Assembly: GCA_051362555.1 (NCBI GenBank)
Contig: CM120649.1
Span: 2,790,001-2,854,000, forward strand
Reading direction: 5' to 3'
Length of the DNA: 64,000 nucleotides
Origin: Lingula anatina
Lineage: Eukaryota > Animalia > Brachiopoda
The translations under genes and the position numbers were made by a program. The notes under the pieces were generated by a model. It searched no databases and had not been told where the DNA came from. It was given only the letters and a program-made list of their open reading frames with translations. Shown piece after piece: positions 37,701 to 49,200 of this stretch (the stretch's first letter is position 1; each line of letters begins with the position of its first letter).

Positions 37701-39712
37701 AGTTATACGGGGAGGGGGGGGGGGGGGGGGCAGAAAAGGACAAGGGGGCAGGGGGAAGGGGGGGGTGAAGAGTCCCTTATGAACTTTATCAATCATGCCT
37801 ACTTTCTAAACAAATTTCTACCTGTGCAGGAACAACATTAAGTATAATCAGCATGCAGTCTACATGGTCTTTTGCCTTTACTGAACCGCTTCATTTTTAT
37901 TCTAAGTTAGATGTAACAGCCAAACAGCCAAAGATTATATTATTTTAAAGCAAGTGAAAATTCTAAATTACAAATGTACATGTAGAACAACAGTGGCCAC
38001 TTGCACATTAATGAAAGTTATCTAAATAAATAAATAAATAATGCTTCTGACAAATCATACTTACTGCTCACAACTCCCCCCTCCCACTATGAATAAAAGC
38101 ACCCAATATTTTTTATCATTTCTATTTTTAGGATTTAAAAAAATTTACAGGTCAGGGGAACTATTCTTAAACATCACTGCTTGTAAATGATGATTTAGTA
38201 AATGCACTGACCTAGATAGAAAACATGACCTACTTAAAGAAGACCTCTACCAGTATCTAGGTCATCGCCACTTTCTATCTAGGTCGTCAGATGATGCAAT
38301 CTTACTTACTCGCTCTCCAGCTCCGCCACCGTACATTTGTACTGTGCAGTGGAGAAGAGACAAATATCTGCAAACTGACGCACTGCAGAAAGAAGCGAGG
38401 AAAATAAAGAAGAAAAGACTTTTCAATATCTGATCCACATCTATAGTAGCTATGGAGAAAGACAAATCAAAATATCAAATCAAATCAGGTCAAATCAATA
38501 TGGGTGATTCTGATGTCTAGATTCTTGGATTTGCCTGCAGCAAAAGCATAGCTGGTAAATACAATTAGCCTTTTGATTCCAGTCTTTTCTTCAATTTTTG
38601 AAGAAAAATATCATCTTTGTTTAATTTCCTTGTTTTCTGATTTCTATCGAGGTGGGGTCATATAAAAGACAGAGAGCAGAATTTCATTCATTCAAATGAT
38701 TTGTCATCCTGAACTTTTTGTCATTTTTATTAATCTCCTATTTAACACAATTCTCACCTATAAAAATCTACAACAATATTTTAAACTAAAATGTTTGATT
38801 TTAGTAAACACTACAAAGACGAATGTACTGCTGTGCATTTTCTAACATATTATGCTTTTAAACTGTAAGGCAAATTAAGATTCCAAACTCTCCTCCCAAA
38901 AGAAATGATTCTATACCCAGTTCAACTAGGTAGCCTGCAAAAGCTGAAAGAAATGGAAGAAAAAAAACAAAACAAAAAAAAAAAACAAAGAACCTCCACT
39001 ACACACAAGATGGAGACATTAACTCATCTGCTCACTAGATGTCAGCACTATGAACAAATTCACAAGAAGTCTCTTCAGAAATGGTCTTGGAGACGTACAA
39101 GTGTTCACATTGACACATTCATACTGGCTCTAAACCAAGGAGCAATTTGGTTGAATTTAAAATGAAAATTTTATGCAATCAAATTGTGCAGCAAGGGATA
39201 TATTCAATTCCTGCAAGTAAATGTATCAATTTCTCTCCAACAAGCTATAGAACGTATAGATCAACTGATATTAACACTATAATGTCCATGCCTCTGATAT
39301 CTAACTCTTGGTATCTAAATTTGTTTGCCCTCTTCAAGACCACTTCAGAATATAGAGCTCATGTGAACATCCTCAGACTGCACACCAGATGTCAGCACTA
39401 TGCAGACACTACAGCAGTCTAGATGGTGCCACTTACTCTGAAGTCATTTCAGCTACAGTGGAGGTATAAGAACCTTTAGAGAATAAAATGATGTCTGAGA
39501 CCTGATGAACTGAAAATTAAAGGATAAAAAACATCAAAATCAAGTTGGAAATTGTTGTACTTTTAGTCAAAAGAAGTTACTTGTATTCAAAAGAATTACT
39601 TTCCACTAAACCTATGTTTGAAAAAAAAAAAAGAAATATTGCCAATATTTTTCTATTTCCTTTTTTGATTTTTTTCCCTTTACATGAATGAATCAAAAAT
39701 TTGTTGCCTGGA

Positions 39713-39778
<66 letters not shown>

Positions 39779-42700
39779 GCGAAGGCTTTAGCAGTCATCA
39801 CAAAAATTTCAAAAGGATGAAGGACATGCCCTATCTTTGGAATTTTTAATGGAACTAGCTGTGCCTTCTTCCTAAAACAGGAATACATTCTAAAAATCAC
39901 TTTTGTCAAAGTATAACATTCCAAAATTGCATGCCAAAGTGATTGAAAATATAATTATCATTTTAATAATATCTTTTCTCTGATCATCTAAGGGATAACC
40001 AGGCATCTGAAATAAAAACCTTCATTTATACATGAAATGCTAAAAAAAATACAAACAACACAAAACATGCAATACATTCAACTATACAGAAATACAAAGT
40101 ACCACAATATTAAAAGAAAAAATTGTAAAAAGCAATCTGATGTTATCAAATTTGTACACTTATATTACTTAATGATATCTATTTATAAAATTGCATGTCA
40201 CTGATCAATAATTTATTTAGAGAATATGCGCATATCAAAAAAATTAATAAACAAATAAATAAATACACTCACCTGAAATTTTTACTTTCTTCACTGTTTT
40301 GCCAGTGTTATTGTCCACAAGAACATTGACAGCTATGGATTCCCCATGGTAATATTTCTGAAATCAAAATTAAAGGAGCATTTTCTGACTTAAAAAAAGA
40401 AATTAACAAAAAATATTGCCTTGGGAAACATCACTTACAACAATAACTTTTTTTATTAAATACCATAATTAGGTCATTATGACCTAATTCTCACCTCTTT
40501 GTCCAGACTGGCCTCCAATCGTAGTGTTCCTGCACTCATCATAAACTCCTTAATGGCGTCTGCCGTCGGCTGTGGAGCAGGTTCTACGGGGGCGTATGTT
40601 AATTTACGGATTGCCAGCCGGACGGAATTCCTAGAGGGATACCATATTTAATTTGATAAAAATAGAAACAAGCCGCACCTATGTAACATAAACATGCAAC
40701 TGTAGAATAAAAATATTAAAATCAATATTGCACTCAGAATAATTCTTGGTGTGAGACCTTTAAAGTTTTTTCTGGTAAAATGAAGCTAAATAAAGCCCTT
40801 GTTCTAATGTACTAGAAAACAAAACTAGAGAAGGTACACTACTTGTTTAAAAAATCCCTGGTACATACCTCTTATGTGACTTGTCATCCACTCCTTCACC
40901 AACATATGTCTTTAGTTCATAGTCTACTCCACAGGGCTGTAGGATAATTTATCAAAATAATATTATGGGATATTGTTTATAGACAATAATACAGGGAAGC
41001 TTGTCTTACACCCCATTTCCATAGATTTTTAGATCGATCTATCCCTGTGGGGAGTCTCACTAGATTACTGTCAGCTTGGTCGGCTTAAGCGTCTGTCCCG
41101 CCTACTAAAAGCTGTAAGGGGGTAATTAACTATGGTGCCCGCTCGGCTGACTGCAATTTAGCATGAACCCCCAGGGAGTTAGGTCGATCTAAAACTTAAT
41201 CTTAAGAGCGGATTCTCAACGAATTAAGCCAGGCTTTACAAAGCCGGTGTCCTAAAAATGGCGGACGTACATGAAAGAAAAACCGCCTAATCTTTTAATA
41301 GTCTCTCCGCCTCCCCACACGTCGTCCCTGCGGGGTACAGTAATTAAATCGCGTCTCCGTTCGCCATGCGGAAGCTACCTGAGAAATATTAAGTGCGCAT
41401 GCTCATCAGTTAAACTCGTGGTGAAGAAAGCATGGCGGCTGAAGGCGATCGAAGGAAAAAAGCTCTTCTGTTCTATTATCTTTGAAAACAGAGACGAAAA
41501 AGGAATAATTTGGCCCGTAGAGCAGCAATGAATCGACTATCTACGGAGATAATATCACCAGAGATATTCACGGAAATATTAATGTTCGGAGCCGAGATTT
41601 AATTACTGTACCCCGCAGGGACGACGTGTGGGGAGGCGTGTGAGAGGCGGAGAGACTATTAAAAGATTAGGCGGTTTTTCTTTCATGTACGTCCGCCATT
41701 TTTAGGTCACCGGCTTTGTAAAGCCTGGCTTAATTCGTTGAGAATGCGCTCTTAGATTGATCTAAATCTCTGGGAAAGCACCCTTGGTGTGACCTAATTA
41801 AATTGTCAACATAATATTATTGAGTTCTATAGTTCAAAGAAATGTAGGGTGATATGAATTGGCATGACTTCATTACAACTTGAGTAGCTGATATTACCTC
41901 AAAACAATTTATTCTGAAACAGGTTTTTACTTTGGTATAGCTTTAACTTTATATACGTAATTATTGTCTGTTAAAAGTACAAACCTTCCCAGTGTCCCCT
42001 GGGGCTGGCTGAAGCGTCACGGAGGATGGTGTATTTGGAGAAAGCTAAAACAGTTGTGAAAAGGATCATTTGCCTGGCTATTCTAAACATGGATCACTTT
42101 TCTTTATCATATTATTAGTTTTTATATCAATCATATTTCATTCAATATTAACATTTTCTAGTTTTTGAATATCTCAATAATATAATACAGTGATGTGAAT
42201 TTTACTTCTGACAACAAGAAATATAAAACTCCAAATCAGGGTTTATAGATCCATATTTTCTCGAAGAGAGAGAGAGGGAAATTGAGAGAAAGATAACATA
42301 TAATACTGTTACCTCAAAATAGAAAGGATAGGCATTAGGCCCCAATTTCTTGATCAGGCGCTCTTGTAATCTTGTTAGTGGCCTCTCGTTCTCGGGCAAT
42401 TTGGGGTACACCTGCATGGACGCAAGAAATAAATCCTTGCGAAATGTGAGCCCGAGCACGTCCAGGTCCTCTCTGCCATAACGAAATGCTGCCAGAACGT
42501 GAGCAAATACTTTGCGATCTTTGAGATATTCTGGATCTATTAGAACTACTCCATCTGGAAATTTAAAAAAATAATGCAATAATATTATAGAGAAAAGCTA
42601 AGATTATATGTTGTTTTGCAGATTCCTGAAAAAAGCACTTGGTTGATTTGACTTTTTCGCAAAACAACAAGTAAACTAAAAGCAAAAGCCTGTAACAGTG

Positions 42701-45700
42701 TTATTATTAAAATCAATACTAAATCATTCAAATGTCAATGACATCCAAAAAAAACACCAAACACTGCAACATTGTTATTATCCATCCAAAGTTGTTGTAC
42801 ATTGGCATGCCTTCTTTCCTCCGATTGGTCCAAAAATTGGTTAGTATGTCATCAATTTCTATCAAGGTTAACATTTACAAATACTAGGTCACAATCTACG
42901 CTTATTGCATATTAATGAGAAATAACTATTTTCTATAAGTAAATACAATATCAAATATATTTCTCTGAATTTATTGAGAAGTTAGTAACCATAACAATTG
43001 TTTTTAAACACAAGGTGTCTGAGAATTATTTAAATTTGATTAACATGTTTATTTGAAAGAGATACAAGCCATGTGAGTTTTATCAAAGAAGATAACATTA
43101 CAATTTGAACTAAATCACACATGGGATGAACCAAAATGTAAACATTCTCAAAAACCAAATTTTTAAAAATATTAGGAAAATTAACTCAGAATGAGAACAT
43201 TTTTGCGGCATTCTGCAGTAGCCCTTTCAGCAGGGAGTAGTTGCAAAGGTTTGTTTACAGTTCTTCTATGAGTACTGACATCAAAATCGTGTAATTTTTA
43301 AATTGAAAAGGTCAACCATCAACGACATCATTAAGATTTAAACCAGTCAACTTGTTCAACTCACCTATTGGGTCTATCTGAGATAAATGATCTATAAAAT
43401 CCCTCTTCCCAATGTAAGTGGTAATCTGAAACAGCAAATGAAAATCGTTTGTAGATTTTTAAAAAAATTTAATCAGCGTCTCTCCATCTTGTATTTTCAA
43501 CCAAACTGATTTTGGAAATACGAAAGAAATATTGCTTTATTAGTGCAAATAATTACCAGAATGTCAAAGATGAGTCTATTTGGAACAATTCTTCAATACT
43601 GTTTTGTCATTAAATCTAACATTTTCTTAAAACTACATACATTTATTATTGCTTATCCTTTTCTTTCTTTCTTTCATTTTATTTATTTATTTTTTATTTT
43701 TGAAAGTTTGATGTTCCATTTTTTTCTGATTTAACACAGGAAATAACAATTAAGCCATGGAAGAAACCTTAAAATGGAAACAGGAACAAAACCCAGACTT
43801 GATAACTTGACATAATGAGTAGTCATGATTCGCACACCCACTCTCACTCAAGTCTCATCACTTACTTTTCCATTGGGACTGCTTTTCTTGAAAACTCTGA
43901 AAAGAACAACAGGAAACAAGAGTTACTACAGTACCTACATCTCTGTAAATAGTTCTCTAACAGGCAACCTTCTGGCTTGCTACAACACCATTAATAACAT
44001 CAATTGAATTTTAAGTCAAAGATCCCAGACAGCTCAGAAGTTCATTCAGGAAACATTTATTTTCCTTTTTTAAAAATCAATTATCTTTATTCATGTTCAT
44101 GAGCAGATTTGACCATCAGCCTAAATCATCTGAAAATAAGACAGAAAAAAAAGAAGAATGCATTAAATGATGGAAAAAAGCTGCTTCAAATAATCTTCCA
44201 TATATAATCCACAAGTATGTGGCATTCGGAACTGCTCAAACCAAGCAAACATAGTTTTAACTGAATCAGGAAGAAAATGTCGCAACCTTTATGTTTCTAA
44301 TCTCCAACCCAATTTTCATCATGATTCCAACTAAACACATAATTAGACAGCAAAATACACAGGGGCTTATTGCAATCAAGTGATTACTTCCTGAAGTTCA
44401 AACTTAAATGATATTTCTGAAGATTGGCTTTAAATCTTAACCCCATGCATGCTATAAAACTAAAAATGTAGTTCTAGTATCAAACTGAAAATATAGGTCA
44501 AGTAAAGCGAAAATAATCATTCTTGGCTCTTCCAAAGTGCCCACCAAAGGCAATATGCAGGTTTCATACAAAGTGTTAAATAAAGAAATGAAATAAAAAT
44601 TTGTTCATGAAAACCACTGTAATGTAAGTAATGGCAGGTATTATATATATATTAGATCTCTTCTTTGGTTTCTTCTATGAACTTGAAAAAGTGACTTACT
44701 GCCATGTCGTGACACATTTACACGCACACATTTCCACAGGTTCAAATCCCGCAAATCAAAGAATTCTACAATGCTGCCTCCTATTACTTTGTGGACCTTC
44801 CAACACTTCGGTACTAAATTATGTAAATGTATTTTCAAAACATGTTCCAGCACTTTTTATATCAACTCATCTGGTGATAATTTTTTTTTTAATCGTGACA
44901 ACCCGGACTTTTACGCTATATACGCCATATAACAACATTTTGTCGTAAATGACCAGAGGTCATGCGACCCATGACGGAAAGATTAATAAATTAAGAGAAT
45001 TAACGCTGATTCAGAGAACCCAATGATGTCAATTGCCTACATAATATTAGGTAAAACATCACAGCAAACACACTAAGAAATTCACGTCAATAGCCCTCGA
45101 GAAGAGGCTCGTTGTGTTATTGTTCCAGCTAATGACGTCAAACCCAGCTGCCATCACATGACATGTAGAAAAACACCGCTATAACACTGACTGAATACAG
45201 TGGCTCCATACTATCAGCTTTAAGCTTCATAAAAAAAATTTTTCTCACTGGCACCGCTGACGTAAAACTGACTTCATTGAGTATTATGAAAACAATTACA
45301 CTCTCTAGATAGATGTGTGGTCGCCCTTAAAATTAGGATGCACTATGATAGTAAATAGACATGTATAAATAGATGAGTTGATATCACTAAAAGACAACAC
45401 CCTATTCCACTAAAAAAAACTTGAGCCAGAAAACTACTCTTAACTTCTAGACCAAATCTCAGTTTATTTTTCACCAAAGGTAGGTCAGCCATGGTCCAAA
45501 TAAATGAAATATTGTCAAAAAGAACTTAAAGGGATAATAACTCTTCGTATGAGATTTATATTTCACAATAAAAACCTTGTGAATAACTCATAGAAATATA
45601 ATATATTCTGTTTTACCACAAAAACAGCAGTTATAACTATTATTCTGATATCTGAACTTGTCTTTAGACCACGTTTTCTCCATTGATGTCTATACTCTGT

Positions 45701-46177
45701 TAAAATCTCTTAAGAGATTTTAACAAAAAACCAAACTTTTTAGAAAAAAACCAGGGACTAACTTTGAATGTAAAAATGGATTCATTAACCATTGGTAAGT
45801 ATGGGAAAATTGATGTTTACTCCAGGAAAATTCATTTTTTGGCCAAAACGAAGAGTTATTATTGCTTTAAGTCAGTTCCCTAGCTAACATCTTTGTTACC
45901 AAGGATACATGGTCACATGCACACATCTAACGCTATCAGGAGCACTGTTACAACAGCACCCTCATGGTCACATGCACACATCTTACCATATCAGGAGCAT
46001 TGTTACAGCACTCTCATGGACACATGAGGCTAGTGGGTTATTCCTTGATTCGATGGCAAGAGCTGACAGTCAGCAATAAATTCTCAAACAATGAATTGTA
46101 TGAGAAAATTGCTTTTTTAAAGAAAATTTGACTGGGCAAGAAAAATCCAGATTCCTTTAAGACAGATCTTAATTCTC

Positions 46178-46218
<41 letters not shown>

Positions 46219-49200
46219 GTAAGAGCGAGAGAGAGAGAGAGAGAGGGTTATCTTCTGGTACTTATCGATGCAGGTCTGATCTAAGATAACAAACTGTATT
46301 GCAATGGTGCAACTGTACAGTCTTGAAAAAAGGGGAACAGCAAGCGTAACAAACTATCATGAACCCCTATTATCAACGTCAATTACCTCCAAGAATCCTC
46401 CAGATACTCTGAAGTATAATCATTGTTATTTCTGACAAATAATTGTCAATGTACAGAGGGATGCACTGGCATTCACTGACAGTTGTGCCACTTGACTTTG
46501 GAGTAACCTTCACAAGAAATGGAAACAATCCCTATCTTGCAAGAAAAATAACCAAGACAGTGGTGGCACTATGATCACTGTCTGCGGTCTTAATACTGTT
46601 CTTTTTTAATATTTAGCAGACTAGTGATGATACCAGAAGACGCAGGCCCTTTTCTATAAACACAATCCGTCTATGTAAATCCATCCAACTCTGCAAAACT
46701 CTCGCCAAGTGCAATCAGCTTAACTGAATCACATCCCTCCTGTTGTTTCCAATGCACTCATACAGTCACCAGTTTTTCTGTTTTCTACTTAACGCCAGCA
46801 GAAGACGTGTCCTTCAATTAAGTCGATTGCAGTTAGCGAGAGTACCTGCACAGTTTGGTCGATCTACGTAGATTAATGGTGTTAATGGAAATATAACCTA
46901 AGAGTCTGAACTTCTAAGATGCTATGATGCTTCTGTATTATTTCACATCAGGCAACACAGTTATCCCTATTGCTTTAGTTCTATTAGTCCTCACATAATC
47001 ACATACACCATTTCCAGTTTTATTTGTTACCAGTCTGAACGCGCCATTTTATAATCACAGCTTATGCAGCTGGCAAAATATCACGGTCTGATGTCATACA
47101 TTTAATTCTCCTGAATATTATTGATTTCTTTCAAGTAAAATGCATTTATCTCTTAAAAGATGATTCCATCAAAGTATCAGAAAAAAAATGTGGAAAGTCT
47201 CTGAATTTATTTATAAACACGAACAAGTTCGAGTTTTGTCCACTCCACCAACAATATTGTAGAAACACACGTATAAATTGCAGGGTGCTACTGTTTCACT
47301 GGTGAAAATCAGTTTAATGCCGTGCTGTGAAATACCACACTGTGCTGTTTTGTTAGCAAGTCACCAACTTCCGTATATCAATAACTTGACAGAGAGAAAG
47401 GTGAACGACCATCTACATCTTCATTTTTTTTGTTGTTTTTATGTTACGCGTGAAGCAATGTGGACTGCCAAGTCGAGAATAAAATCAGGTCAAGGATTAG
47501 TTTTAGAGAAAAAATAGGGATGGGGGCACAAATTCTCTTGCATAATAATTTCTTTTTTGGCACACTATCAAAGTCTCAAAGCACCTTACAAAATTGTTCT
47601 GATATTGAATATGCCTGTGTGTGTGTATATAACAATTCATCTAATTATATTAAGCTGCCAAGAAGCAATGGCAGAATCCAGAAGACACTGCAAACAGGCT
47701 TCTCTCCCTCAGCTTCTGATGTACCTGTCCCAAACAAGCAAAACAAAACAAAATCGAGCAAATTGCCCAACCCTATGCTCTGCATACCGTAGTGACATTG
47801 CTCCAGTTTTTTTTTTCTTTAAATATGTTTTTTATCCTTGAGCCAAATATATGTAGCAAAATCCTATTTCATCCAGAGATAAGACTGGGATGGGAAGTCC
47901 CGACCTGGCATTCCAACATCTTCCACTATCACATTTAATTACTGAAGATCAAAGGCTTTTGTACCAGGACTAGGATTGATTGTAATGAAACATTACATCC
48001 ATAAAGAACACCACAGTGTTTTGAAAAAAAAAATAGCTTTCCAAACATAATTTATCATTAAATAAAGAACAAACAAACAAGTTTTTTTTTTCTTTTCAGT
48101 GTCCTGATAAAAACCCTCAGTCAAAATCCACAGGGCAGTTATGAGATGACAAAAAGTCATCTCCCTTACCTCATTAATTAATTAATTTATCAATTAATTA
48201 ATTAATTCCCTTGTTTTTATGCATATTCATTTATCTGCTTGTAAGGTTTTTGATGTCTAGTATTTAATATATATAATGTATGCACAGGGATGATACTACC
48301 ATTCAGTGAAAAACTCAGAAAATAGGATGTAAGGACCAGGAGAAATTTTGGAATTTGCCGACAGTCACAAAAACTGTACAAGCATGCATCTTTTAAAATA
48401 AATTCATCTTACATAATTTCATGTGTTTTATTAATTTATTTTTGTATTTAATTTTGTATTATAAAACTTTATACCTTTTGGCTACAATTTCAAAAAATAA
48501 AATCATGAGTATTGATAGTTGACCTTTATTTCAGGAGTCCTAAAAATTCATAATTTTGTCATTTCTATGCATTCTTCAGTATCCATATTCATTTCTATGC
48601 AGATCCCTTTCAATATTCTTCTTTGTCATATATCTTTTTGACTTGACTTAGACAAGCCTTGCATCTGAATGGCAAGGGCTGTTTTTACAATGGTTATTGT
48701 GGTCAAAAAAGTCAAAATGCCTCACTAATGACCCAGTGTAGTACATATAATCTGAAGACTTAACTTGTTTTTCAACCTATTTTCCAAGTGTTATGACATT
48801 TTGAGATGACGGATGCCTGGATTGCACCACTTCCTATAAACTGATACAAAACAACTAGAAAGAATCAATAAAATTATTGCTGAAAAACATGTTTTCACAC
48901 AAAAACACAACACGCAAAGTTCATGACCGAGGCCATGACATTGTTTCATGACACATACCATGACACTGTTCTGTGACATTTTGCCATGACATTGTTCCGT
49001 GACATATACTTTAAACAGATAATTACAATTACTGATCACAGTGCAACGCCAAAAAAATAAACATACAAATATATACAAACACACACATGCGATAAAACCC
49101 TGCAAGTTCAAGGCCAGTGTGCTCGTACCCTTTCCTGAAAGATTTACAATTAATTCCTCACTTCATGCAGACAAATAATCCTAGGCTTTCAGCTTAATTG

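Noticed and set aside
37815-37840. Minus-strand ttgttcctgcacag|gtagaa, a possible recursive splice site
   Set aside because: The donor is weak and the intron is only 3.4 kb, so a chance match is likely.
44739-44751. GGTTCAAATCCC, a tRNA/SINE B-box-like motif
   Set aside because: No A-box or cloverleaf around it.
48170-48174. ATG AG|GTAAGG, a possible minimal first exon (MR-VFKK)
   Set aside because: It sits in a (TAAT)n low-complexity tract with poor initiation context and no promoter evidence.
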